This document shows positions 16,686 to 25,572 of a stretch of DNA of 64,000 nucleotides, piece by piece. The stretch is from assembly GCA_026419545.1 (NCBI GenBank), contig JANZZE010000001.1:904-64903 (forward strand), given 5' to 3'. Origin of the DNA: Acidimicrobiales bacterium (lineage in GTDB: Bacteria; Actinomycetota; Acidimicrobiia; Acidimicrobiales; Acidimicrobilacustridaceae). Position numbers and translations under genes: made by a program. Every line of letters begins with the position of its first letter. Position 1 is the first letter of the stretch. The notes beneath the pieces are model-generated. The model had not been told where the DNA came from, did no database searches, and saw only the letters and a list, made by a program, of their open reading frames with translations.

Positions 16686-17636
16686 TCATGTCGGTTGCGT
16701 GGTCGATCGTTCGCGCCGCCTCTCGACGGCTGACCAGACACCGGCGACCGCCGATCCGATCGCCATCCCGACGATGGCGGAGGCCGCCGTGTTCACCGAC
16801 CAGGCAAGCGCGCCACCGAGGGCTCCGATCCCTTTCACCGTTTCCTCGAGCGCATGCACCACGCCGTAGGGCCCGTGCCAACCGAGCTCGTCGGTACCTG
16901 CGAGGATGATGTGTCCTCCGACCCACAACATCGCGGCTGTGCCGACTACCGACAGCAGGTTCAGCAGCTTTGGCATGCCGCGAACCAGCAACCGACCGAT
17001 TCTCTGGGCGGAGGATGATGCCCGCTCGGTCAAGGCCAGTCCCACGTCGTCCATCTTCACGATGAGGGCAACGACGCCGTAGACGACGGCGGTGATGAGA
17101 ACGGCAACCACCACGAGGATTGCCGCCCGCAATGCAAGCGGCTCGCCGATGACCTCCTTGAGGGCGATGACCATGATTTCGGCCGAGAGGATGAAATCGG
17201 TTCGGATCGCCCCGGAGACCACGGACTCCTCGGTAGCCGGCCCAGCGAGTGGGGCGGGGACGTCGTGGTCGCGATCGTCGCCGGCGATCGCATGGATCAC
17301 CTTGTGAGAACCTTCGTAACAGAGGTAGACGCCACCGCACATGAGGATGATCTCAACGAGTGGAGGTGCAACGACGCTCAGGACGAGGGCCGCGGGCAGG
17401 ATGAAGACGACCTTGTTGCGGAGGGACCCGGTGGCGATCTTGCGGATGATGGGGAGTTCACGCTCGGCAGCAAGCCCCCGGACATAGGTTGGTGTCACTG
17501 CGGTGTCGTCGACGACCACACCTGCGGTTTTCACACTCGCCCGTCCAGCGGCACCGGCCACGTCGTCGATCGAGGATGCCGCAAGCTTCGCCAATGCCGC
17601 GACGTCGTCAAACAAGCCAACTAGCCCGCCGGCCAC
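16686..17636 (-). CDS. DUF808 family inner-membrane protein (YedI-like)
   Basis: (V)AGGLVGLFDDVAALAKLAA...TAGVVVDDTAV is the typical DUF808 N-terminus, followed by multiple TM segments. The start is uncertain: GTG candidates exist at 17636, 17672, 17684 and 17690, and the ORF stays open to 17795. Confidence 0.75.
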   Translation of the reverse strand: MAGGLVGLFDDVAALAKLAASSIDDVAGAAGRASVKTAGVVVDDTAVTPTYVRGLAAERELPIIRKIATGSLRNKVVFILPAALVLSVVAPPLVEIILMCGGVYLCYEGSHKVIHAIAGDDRDHDVPAPLAGPATEESVVSGAIRTDFILSAEIMVIALKEVIGEPLALRAAILVVVAVLITAVVYGVVALIVKMDDVGLALTERASSSAQRIGRLLVRGMPKLLNLLSVVGTAAMLWVGGHIILAGTDELGWHGPYGVVHALEETVKGIGALGGALAWSVNTAASAIVGMAIGSAVAGVWSAVERRRERSTTQPT

Positions 17637-17826
17637 GGTCCCTCCTCCTGTCTCGGCTCCGGCGTCGGACACTAGCCCCTTCACCTGCACGTTCAGCCTG
17701 CTGGTTCCGGCGCGCCCGGAGTCCTCGCGTGATCCGGCCTTGGACCGGCTCCGACGCCGCAGGTCAGCGAGCATGAACCACGCCGTGGGAGGCACCCGCT
17801 AGGGTCGATCCTGGACAGTCCAAGCA

Positions 17827-20800
17827 GTGCGGAAAAGGGGCGAGTTGTACCTCAAGAGCCTCACCCTCAAGGGTTTCAAGTCCTTTGCCGATTCCACGAC
17901 GCTCGAACTCGAACCGGGTGTGACGGTCGTCGTCGGACCCAACGGCAGCGGCAAGTCGAACGTCGTCGACGCCATCGCCTGGGTGCTTGGCGCACAGGCG
18001 CCGAGTGCTGTGCGCTCCCAGAAGATGGAAGACGTCATCTTCGCGGGCACGACCAAGCGGTCCGCACTCGGCCGCGCCGAGGTCGGTCTCGTCATCGACA
18101 ACACCTCAGGCCAGTTGCCCATCGAGTTCAACGAGGTGACCATCACCCGAACGTTGTTCCGGACCGGCGAGAGCGAATACGCCCTCAACGGTGTTCCGTG
18201 TCGATTGCTCGATATCCAGGAGCTGTTGTCCGACAGCGGGGTCGGTCGGCAACAACACGTCATCATCAGCCAGGGCCAGATCGACGCGGTGCTCAACGCG
18301 AAGCCGGAGGACCGCCGGGCAATCATCGAGGAAGCCGCGGGGATCCTCAAGTATCGCAAGCGCAAAGAGAAATCCGAGCGCCGGTTGCAGGCAACCGAAG
18401 CGAACCTCACTCGACTGCAGGATCTATTGCGCGAAGTCCGCCGGCAACTCCGCCCGTTGGAGCGTCAAGCCGAGGCTGCCCGACGTCACGGCGACTTGGT
18501 GGCAGAACTGACGGCGCTGCGCATCCATGTTGCAGGCCGCGAACTTCATGCACTGAAGAGTCGGCTTGAAAGCACCACCCAGAAGCGAGCCGAGTTGGCT
18601 CAGGCCGAGGCTGAACTGAACAAGCTCCTGGCCGGGCTCGACGCCCAAGTCATGTCCACGGAAGCGAGGCTTTCGGCGTTGGGGGGCGACGACCTCGGCG
18701 ACACCTTGGCCGTCTACGAGTCGCTATACGAAAAGGCGCGGGGCCTGGTCTCACTTCTCGGTGAGCGTCACCGTGGACTCGAGCGCGAGCGGGACGCCTT
18801 TGTCGACCAGGCAGTGGTGGCCTCGCTCGAGGCTGAGGCCGCCAGCTTGGCGAGCCAACTCGCCGAGGTCGAGGCGGAAGCCGCTGCACTCGAGCCAGAC
18901 GCAGCTGCGTTGGTTGCGGCCGAAGCTGAACTGGCAGCCGAGCGTGAACGGTTCGAAGCGGAATGGGCGGATGGTGTCACTGCGCCATCTGGGCAGGCAG
19001 CTGAGGTCAGGGGCGAGCTAGCGGCATTGCGCTCCGCGGTCGAACAAGGTGAGGCCGAGATCGCACGCGTGCGAGGGCGCATCGCCAGTCTCGAAGACAA
19101 AGAGCGACGCCTCGCCGACGAGGCTGATCGTCTCCGCCGGGAACTCAGCGCCGCTGAGGAAGCCGAACTCCCGCTGGTCGAATCCCTGGATAGCGTGGAA
19201 CAGCGACGCAACGATGCTGCGTCCGCTGTGGCCGCCGCCGATGCAGCACTCCGGGCTGCCGAGAGCGAGCATCAGCGCTGGATGGCGCGAGCCGAGGCAC
19301 TTGCCCTTGCACTAGACGAGGTCCGGGCCCGGGCTGGTGTAGAACGGTTGGCGGAGATCGACGGTGTGCTCGGCACGCTGCTCGACCTTGCCGAAGTGGA
19401 CGAAGGCTGGGAACTTGCTTTCGAAGCTGCAGCTGGTGAGGCACTTTCGGCAGTGATCGTCGACGGTGAGCACGCAGCCCGCCGGGCGATCGAACTCCTC
19501 CACCTGCAAGAGGAAACCGGAGCCGTCTTGGCGCTCGGCGCGGCTCCGGCACCGACTTCGGTCCCGCCGGTTGGTGAGCCGGTGCGTCGCCATGTGAAGG
19601 CACGACGTCCGGGAGTCGACGCCCTGCTCGATGCTCTGGTCGGTGGGGCGGTCGCGGTGAGCGGAGGTTGGGTCGCGGCAGTGGATGCCGCTCTCGCTCA
19701 TCCGCGAGCGACGATCGTCACCCATACCGGGGACCGTTTCACCGCAAGTGGCTGGCGCATCGGATCCGGCGGATCCGGGGCCACGGGCGCGGCCCTCGAG
19801 GAGGCTCGTCGGCAAGTGGCTGACGCTGCGGCTTCAGTTGAGGTGGCTCGCCGGCGCTTGAAGGAAGCGAGGCACGGGCTCGAGGACGCCGAACGCATGG
19901 CCCGTGAGTTGTCACGAAAGCTCGACGACAACGACGGTCTGCTCGCAGCGGCGGGCGATGCGCTCCAGCGCGTCGAGACTGACCGCCGCGATGCACAGAC
20001 CGAGGCGGAAGCACTTCGCACGCTTCACGGCGAACTCCTCGAGCGGGTTGAGCGTGAGCGGTCGCGAGTGGCCGAACTCGAGGCGCAACTCCCAGCGCTC
20101 GAGGCTGCTGACGCCGAGACCCTCGAGCGGGGTCGGACCATGAGCGAGGCTCGCAACCGTCTGGCTGAGCGGGCGGCGGAAGTTGGAGCACGGCGGACCG
20201 ACTTGGAAGTTCGTACCGCCTCAGTCAACGAGCGTGGCCAGTTCCTACGGAAGCGGTTGGCTGAGGTCGAGAGCCGACTCGCGCAGCACGCCACCGAACG
20301 TGAGCATGCCGGACGACGTAGGTTGGAACTCGAATCCAAACTGGTGGCGGTCAAGCGGCTGGCGGTCTACACCCAGGATCGCTTGAGCGAAACCGAAGCA
20401 GTGCTCGGCGAGCTTCGTGAGCGCCGGCGCAAGCAGTCTGAAGCGGTTCGGGCGGTGACCAACGAACTCGACGCGCTCCGGCGTGAGCGCCACGCGCGCG
20501 AACGGGAGCTGAGCGAGGTGCGTGAACTCCTACAACGTGCGGAAGTCGAGGATGCCGAGACCCGACTGCGTCTTGAGACCGCGGTCGAGGCGCTGCGTCG
20601 TGATCTGGATTGTGAGCCGACCGCGGCCATGGAGGCACCATGCCCGCCACTTGCGGAAGGTGTCACGCCGAATGGACGGATCCGGGAGCTCGAGCGCGAG
20701 TTGCGCATCATGGGACCGATCAACCCGCTCGCACTCCAGGAATTCGAGGAGTTGCAACAGCGCCATCAGTTCCTTCAACAGCAGCTTGACGACGTGAAGG

Positions 20801-21312
20801 AATCGCGGCGGGAGCTGCACAAGATCATCAGGGCCATCGACGAGGAGATCGTCAACGTCTTCGCGGCCGCGTTTGCTGATGTTTCGCACAACTTCGAGCA
20901 GCTCTTCCAGACGTTGTTCCCCGGAGGATCCGGGCGGCTGTGCCTGACTGAGCCGGACAACCTGCTCGAAACGGGCATCGAGGTCGAGGCCAAACCGTCG
21001 GGAAAGAACGTGAAGAAGCTCTCGCTGCTGTCAGGGGGCGAGCGGTCCTTGACTGCGCTGGCGTTCCTGTTCGCCGTGTTCCGCAGCCGCCCCTCACCGT
21101 TCTACGTCATGGACGAGGTTGAAGCCGCACTTGACGACGTCAACCTGCATCGATTCCTCGGACTTGTGGACGAGTTCCGCAAAGAGGCGCAGTTGATCAT
21201 CGTCAGCCACCAGAAGCGCACCATGGAAGCGGCCGACTGCCTCTACGGCGTCTCAATGCAGCCTGGTGGCTCATCGAAAGTGGTGAGCGAGAAGGTGGAG
21301 CCCCGTCGATGA
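17827..21312 (+). CDS. smc: Chromosome partition protein Smc
   Basis: LKSLTLKGFKSF, Walker A GPNGSGKSN, long coiled coils, signature LSGGERSL and Walker B FYVMDEVEAALD. An alternative TTG start at 17845 would give the canonical MYLKSL N-terminus. Confidence 0.95.
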   Translation: MRKRGELYLKSLTLKGFKSFADSTTLELEPGVTVVVGPNGSGKSNVVDAIAWVLGAQAPSAVRSQKMEDVIFAGTTKRSALGRAEVGLVIDNTSGQLPIEFNEVTITRTLFRTGESEYALNGVPCRLLDIQELLSDSGVGRQQHVIISQGQIDAVLNAKPEDRRAIIEEAAGILKYRKRKEKSERRLQATEANLTRLQDLLREVRRQLRPLERQAEAARRHGDLVAELTALRIHVAGRELHALKSRLESTTQKRAELAQAEAELNKLLAGLDAQVMSTEARLSALGGDDLGDTLAVYESLYEKARGLVSLLGERHRGLERERDAFVDQAVVASLEAEAASLASQLAEVEAEAAALEPDAAALVAAEAELAAERERFEAEWADGVTAPSGQAAEVRGELAALRSAVEQGEAEIARVRGRIASLEDKERRLADEADRLRRELSAAEEAELPLVESLDSVEQRRNDAASAVAAADAALRAAESEHQRWMARAEALALALDEVRARAGVERLAEIDGVLGTLLDLAEVDEGWELAFEAAAGEALSAVIVDGEHAARRAIELLHLQEETGAVLALGAAPAPTSVPPVGEPVRRHVKARRPGVDALLDALVGGAVAVSGGWVAAVDAALAHPRATIVTHTGDRFTASGWRIGSGGSGATGAALEEARRQVADAAASVEVARRRLKEARHGLEDAERMARELSRKLDDNDGLLAAAGDALQRVETDRRDAQTEAEALRTLHGELLERVERERSRVAELEAQLPALEAADAETLERGRTMSEARNRLAERAAEVGARRTDLEVRTASVNERGQFLRKRLAEVESRLAQHATEREHAGRRRLELESKLVAVKRLAVYTQDRLSETEAVLGELRERRRKQSEAVRAVTNELDALRRERHARERELSEVRELLQRAEVEDAETRLRLETAVEALRRDLDCEPTAAMEAPCPPLAEGVTPNGRIRELERELRIMGPINPLALQEFEELQQRHQFLQQQLDDVKESRRELHKIIRAIDEEIVNVFAAAFADVSHNFEQLFQTLFPGGSGRLCLTEPDNLLETGIEVEAKPSGKNVKKLSLLSGGERSLTALAFLFAVFRSRPSPFYVMDEVEAALDDVNLHRFLGLVDEFRKEAQLIIVSHQKRTMEAADCLYGVSMQPGGSSKVVSEKVEPRR

Positions 21313-21333
21313 CTCACGGCTACGCTTAGCGGC

Positions 21334-21645
21334 GTGAAGTGTCCAGTTTGTGTGGATGTGACGCTCGCAATTTCTTCGAGGGAAGGAATCGAGATCGATC
21401 ACTGCCCCCAATGCCGTGGCGTCTGGCTGGATCGAGGCGAGTTGGACAAGATCATTGAAAGGGCTGCGCCGAGTGTCGTGGGCGGTGACTGGTCTCAGCC
21501 GAACCCAGTTCAAAGCGTGTCTGCACCGCCTCCGCCGGGACCTCCGTTTCAGCGGGAACCCTACGGCTATTACCGTGATCCTTACGCGCGTCCAGGAAAG
21601 CGAAAGAAGCGCAGCTTTCTCGAGGACCTCTTCGATTTCGATTGA
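21334..21645 (+). CDS. Zinc-ribbon (TFIIB-type zf-like) domain protein
   Basis: MKCPVC...IEIDHCPQCRGVWLDRGELDKI is the typical CPxC...CPxCxGxWLD zinc-ribbon family. It has a basic C-terminal tail. Confidence 0.7.
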   Translation: MKCPVCVDVTLAISSREGIEIDHCPQCRGVWLDRGELDKIIERAAPSVVGGDWSQPNPVQSVSAPPPPGPPFQREPYGYYRDPYARPGKRKKRSFLEDLFDFD

Positions 21646-21660
21646 CCGCTTACCGATTGG

Positions 21661-22194
21661 TCAAGGCAGCTTGTTCAGGGACGAACGCAACGTCTCGACC
21701 GCAATCGAAAGATCGTCGAGTTGTTGGTGCATCGCGTGGTGGGAGGCTTGGTCAGGCACGAGCGAGAGGGCAGTAGCTTGCGCCGCCAGGGTCTCAAGCC
21801 GTGTAGCGATCTCCCCGAACCGATCCGCGGCATCCTCGACCAGATTCGCTGCTTGCGTAAGTGCGCGGTGGCGAGCTTCTAGATTCACAATCCTTGTGGC
21901 CAAGGCGGGATCGAGCTGTCCCGGGTTCTTCGAATCGGCAAGCTCGCGCCGGGCCTGCTTCAGTTCGTCAAGCGCCTCTTGCGTGCGCATGCTCTGTAGA
22001 AGGCGGCTTGCGTCCAATGCTCTTCTGAGCTCCTCGGTCAGTGCCACGATGGCGTCGTCCATGATCGACGAGTCTGCTTTGAGCCTGTGCTGAACAGGAC
22101 CCTCGGGCAGGCGTGTCAACGCGTCATTCCATACACGGCGGGCTACCAATGCCCGCTCGACCGGTCGACGCCAGTGCGGAGGCGACAGCTCCAT
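21661..22194 (-). CDS. Hypothetical helical/coiled-coil protein
   Basis: I trimmed the 289-aa ORF to the ATG at 22194, because the upstream part overlaps the esterase gene and is Arg/Pro-rich noise. I recognise no family. Confidence 0.45.
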   Translation of the reverse strand: MELSPPHWRRPVERALVARRVWNDALTRLPEGPVQHRLKADSSIMDDAIVALTEELRRALDASRLLQSMRTQEALDELKQARRELADSKNPGQLDPALATRIVNLEARHRALTQAANLVEDAADRFGEIATRLETLAAQATALSLVPDQASHHAMHQQLDDLSIAVETLRSSLNKLP

Positions 22195-22293
22195 CAACGA
22201 CGTCAATTCCGTGAATCGGTCGGCGTCCGAGTGGCGACCTTGGCGTCTGCGTCGGAACACCGTCAAGACGATACTTGGCAAGTTGTTGGTACT

Positions 22294-22329
22294 CGGCTCG
22301 TGTCTGGGCTGTGGATCAGACACGAGCCG
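22294..22329 (-). terminator. Hairpin downstream of the esterase gene
   Basis: Perfect 13-bp stem cggctcgtgtctg / cagacacgagccg with a 10-nt loop, starting 15 nt past the stop at 22344. There is no U-tract. Confidence 0.5.
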
Positions 22330-22343
22330 GCGGCAACTGGCAG

Positions 22344-23315
22344 TCAACCGGCTTTGCGCAAACGAGCGATAGCGCCGTCGATGTCCCGTTGGAGCATGTC
22401 GCGGCGGACGAAATGGCCGCCCGGCAGCTCGTAGGCCTCGTGTGGGATGCCTGCTGCTCGCAGCAGGTCGCGGAACTCGCGTTGGCCGGGCCGCACGAAG
22501 TTCTCGTTGATGTCGTTGTCGAGCCCGCACACGAGGAAGATCCGCTTGTTGTAGTAGCTGGGGATTCGCTCGACCGGGTTGTCGGCGCTGACTCGGGCCT
22601 GATCCCAGAAGGGCGCGCCGTAGACGGTCCCGCCAGCCAACTCGACTGCAGCGGAGCTGGTGTTAGCCCAGTGGACCACTGCTCCGAAATCGCGTCGGAG
22701 GCTTGCCGGTCCAGAGTGCGAACTCACTGAGGCGAAATGCCCGTAGTACTTGGCGGCGTACTTGAGAGCACCGAAGCCACCCATTGAGAACCCTGATACT
22801 GCCCGGCCGTTGTATTCGGCGAAGGTCCGGAAGTTTGCGTCCACCCACGGTAGGAGTTGTCCGATGTGGAACGACTCCCAGTTCCGCGGCCCGGAGAATG
22901 AGCTCACCGGGTTGGAATACCACCCGGCTGGACCGCCGTCGGGCATCACGACGATGATGCGACGACCGGCGGTGAGCCCGATGATGTCGTCTTCGAGGTG
23001 AAACTTCCGGAAGTCTTGCAACCCTCCGTGCAGCAGGTACATGACCGGATAGCGACGCCACGAGGTTGAGAAGTAGTCGTCGGGCAGCAACACATTGACT
23101 CCCGGGTTCCAACCGATGTTGGCAGTGGCGAACCGGAAGTAGTGCAGGCGCCCGAACACCCCGGTTTCGACGATGCGTAGTCCAAAGCCGTCGACCGCAG
23201 CGCTGGCCTTGGGTGCGCGCAGCAGTCCCCCGAAACCGCCGAACGCGGCGGCTGCGGCACCAGCGCCTGCCAGCTTCAGTGCTGTTCTCCGATCCATGAG
23301 CTTGGTGTCGGCCAT
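22344..23315 (-). CDS. Tat-exported putative esterase (esterase D / Ag85-like alpha/beta hydrolase family)
   Basis: Twin-arginine signal MDRRTALKLAGAGAAAAAF...ASA. The body carries YLLHGG ... AVSGFSMGGFGAL (GxSxG) and a PGGH motif. Confidence 0.8.
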   Translation of the reverse strand: MADTKLMDRRTALKLAGAGAAAAAFGGFGGLLRAPKASAAVDGFGLRIVETGVFGRLHYFRFATANIGWNPGVNVLLPDDYFSTSWRRYPVMYLLHGGLQDFRKFHLEDDIIGLTAGRRIIVVMPDGGPAGWYSNPVSSFSGPRNWESFHIGQLLPWVDANFRTFAEYNGRAVSGFSMGGFGALKYAAKYYGHFASVSSHSGPASLRRDFGAVVHWANTSSAAVELAGGTVYGAPFWDQARVSADNPVERIPSYYNKRIFLVCGLDNDINENFVRPGQREFRDLLRAAGIPHEAYELPGGHFVRRDMLQRDIDGAIARLRKAG

Positions 23316-23403
23316 CGCACCCCTCCCCTTGTCGAGCCCGATACTGAGATCTTCGAGGTCGCCGGTTGGCTGACCGCCGACACCGTAACAGAGAAAAACA
23401 AGA

Positions 23404-23485
23404 ATGTCTATAACTCGTACAAATTTCTCCTGTGGAACATGATTTTCTGTTGCTTGGAAAACAGGAGTGTCTTCTAGTTAGACAT
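23404..23485. promoter_or_regulatory. AT-rich nested palindrome upstream of the esterase gene
   Basis: Outer inverted repeat atgtcta (23404-23410) / tagacat (23479-23485). Inner inverted repeat ctcctgt (23427-23433) / acaggag (23461-23467), plus attttc/gaaaac closer to the centre. The local base composition is visibly AT-rich against the GC-rich background. Confidence 0.4.
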
Positions 23486-23495
23486 GATCGCGATT

Positions 23496-23579
23496 GGCGT
23501 GCCTGGCGAGATCAGGTTCACCGACCATCCTGATGTGGAACGGACGGGGTCGTACCACTAGGTGTCGGCGTGCCTGGCG
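23496..23579. repeat. 13-nt direct repeat ggcgtgcctggcg, offset 71 bp (23496-23508 and 23567-23579)
   Basis: Seen directly. It is short enough to be chance, but it shares the 71-bp offset of the longer repeat pairs elsewhere in the window. Confidence 0.5.
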
Positions 23580-23635
23580 GTTCTAGTTCCCCAAAAGGAA
23601 CCGGGGGGACTTCTAGGGGGACCGAAGACGCGGGG

Positions 23636-24586
23636 CTACGGCAGGCGGCTGAACCAGAGCAGGCTTAAGGCCGCAGCGAGCGCGAGTACGGCGAGACCGG
23701 CGCCGGTGAAGGTTGCCGCGATCTCCCGTTCCTCGGTCGTGTAGCCGATCTGGGTGCCGATGTTCTCGTAGACCTCACGCAGTTGACCCTCGGTCACTGC
23801 GGAGTAGAACTTCCCTCCTGTCTGGTCAGCGATAGCCTCGAGCGCGGGGCGGTTGACCGCGACTCGTTGTGCCATCGGTTCGCCGGGGAGTCTGATCGTT
23901 CCTTCGTCGGTCCCAAAGGCGATGGTCGAGACCGGCACGCCCGCCTCTTTGGCCGCTTGCGCGGCTAGCCCATTGGGTCGGCCATCGGTCGTTTCCCCAT
24001 CGGACATCAAGACGATGTGCGCGGGTGGCCTGCCTTCGCCGTCGGCTGGTGCAGCTTCGATCGCGTCGAGGCTCGTGAAGATCCCCTCGCCGATCGCCGT
24101 CCGTTCACCGAGTTCGAGGGAATCGATCCCCTTCTTCAGCCGCTCACGATCAGTTGTTGGCGGAACCTTGAGCGTGGCTCGCCCGTTGAAGGCCACGAGC
24201 CCGACATTCAGTTGCGGCGGGAGGATGTCGGCAAACGACTTCGCCGCTGCTTTGGCTGCGTCGATCCGGCTTGGTGCCACGTCGGTGGCCATCATCGACA
24301 GCGAGGTGTCGATCGCCATGATGATTGTGGCGCGTTCTTTGGGTACGCGTTCCTGGCGTGCCGGGCGAGCAAAGCCCAATACGAGGATGACCATGGCCAC
24401 CAGGAACAGAGTCGCTGGGACATGGCGACGCCAACCCGGGCGAGACGGCGCGACTGACGCGAGCAAGGCCAGGTTGGTGAACTTCATCGTGTAGCGGGGG
24501 CGACGGGCTTGTAGCACGACGTAGACGGTGCCCAACGCAACCACCCCGGCAATCAGCCAGAGACGTTCGGGAGACAAGAAGGTCAT
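23636..24586 (-). CDS. VWA-domain membrane protein (BatA-like)
   Basis: N-terminal TM segment, a MIDAS-type DxSxS motif (AIDTSLSM) and a C-terminal TM segment. Its ATGA overlaps the upstream DUF58 gene. Confidence 0.85.
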   Translation of the reverse strand: MTFLSPERLWLIAGVVALGTVYVVLQARRPRYTMKFTNLALLASVAPSRPGWRRHVPATLFLVAMVILVLGFARPARQERVPKERATIIMAIDTSLSMMATDVAPSRIDAAKAAAKSFADILPPQLNVGLVAFNGRATLKVPPTTDRERLKKGIDSLELGERTAIGEGIFTSLDAIEAAPADGEGRPPAHIVLMSDGETTDGRPNGLAAQAAKEAGVPVSTIAFGTDEGTIRLPGEPMAQRVAVNRPALEAIADQTGGKFYSAVTEGQLREVYENIGTQIGYTTEEREIAATFTGAGLAVLALAAALSLLWFSRLP

Positions 24587-25572
24587 CGGTGCACCCTCGA
24601 CAACGATTCCATGCGCTCACGGCGCCAGGAGACGAAGCGTACGAGGTCGAGCAGCCAGTCGCTGTCGGTCCGGAGGACGAGATGGTCGGCGCCTGAGTCG
24701 CGAATAGCGCGAGCGATCGCGTTGCGTTGCTCGCGTGCAGCGGACGCAAAGCGTTCGCGCACCCGCCGGTCAGAGGTCTGCAGCTCCAGGACCGCACCTG
24801 ATTCGGGGTCGCGCAATTCAACGACGCCGACGTCCGGTAGCTCGAGCTCTCGGGGATCGACGATCTCGATCGCCAGCGTTTCGTGCCGGCTCGACACAGC
24901 GCGCAACTCTTTTGCCCAGTCGCCGGGATCCAGGAAATCAGAGATCACCACTGCGAGTCCTCGGCGTTTCATGACGCCCCGAAGCCGACAGATCCCTGCC
25001 CCGAGGTCCGGCGAGCTTTGGGATTCGTTTCGGGCCGATTGCAACACTCGTTGGAGGAGTGCCTGGAGATTCGTTCGCCCGGTGCGAGCCGGGATCGTCT
25101 GGCTGTACTGACCTTCCAAGGTCAGCGCACCGTACCGGTTCCCCGTACGCTGGGTGATGAAACCGAGGGCCGCAACGGCGGCGAAGGCGAGATCACGTTT
25201 TTCGCATCGGGCGGTACCGAAACCGAGGGAAGCCGACAGGTCGACTAGCGCCCAGGTCTCCAGTTCCCGGTCCGCGATCGTTTCTCGGACATGGGGCTCG
25301 GTCATTCGGGCCGTGACGTTCCAGTCGATGCGGCGCACGTCGTCGCCAGCTTGGTAGACACGGGTCTCGCCCAGTTCCGAGCCATGACCGGGAACCAGTC
25401 CTCTGTAGTCACCGTGCAGAAGCCCATCGAGTCGCCGCGTGATGGCCAGCTCCAGCCGCCGAAGGATTTCGGCCGACGGGCCAATCGATATGTTCGGGGG
25501 CTCGTGCCCGGATTCGGCTTGGAGTGAGACCGTCATGGGGTCGGTGTCGCTCAGTGGCTCGGTGCGGCCCAA
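24583..25572 (-). CDS. DUF58 domain protein
   Basis: GDYRGLVPGHGSELGETRVYQAGDDVRRIDWNVTAR is the DUF58 core. An alternative start at 25536 would remove the 22-nt overlap with the moxR-like gene. Confidence 0.85.
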   Translation of the reverse strand: MGRTEPLSDTDPMTVSLQAESGHEPPNISIGPSAEILRRLELAITRRLDGLLHGDYRGLVPGHGSELGETRVYQAGDDVRRIDWNVTARMTEPHVRETIADRELETWALVDLSASLGFGTARCEKRDLAFAAVAALGFITQRTGNRYGALTLEGQYSQTIPARTGRTNLQALLQRVLQSARNESQSSPDLGAGICRLRGVMKRRGLAVVISDFLDPGDWAKELRAVSSRHETLAIEIVDPRELELPDVGVVELRDPESGAVLELQTSDRRVRERFASAAREQRNAIARAIRDSGADHLVLRTDSDWLLDLVRFVSWRRERMESLSRVHR

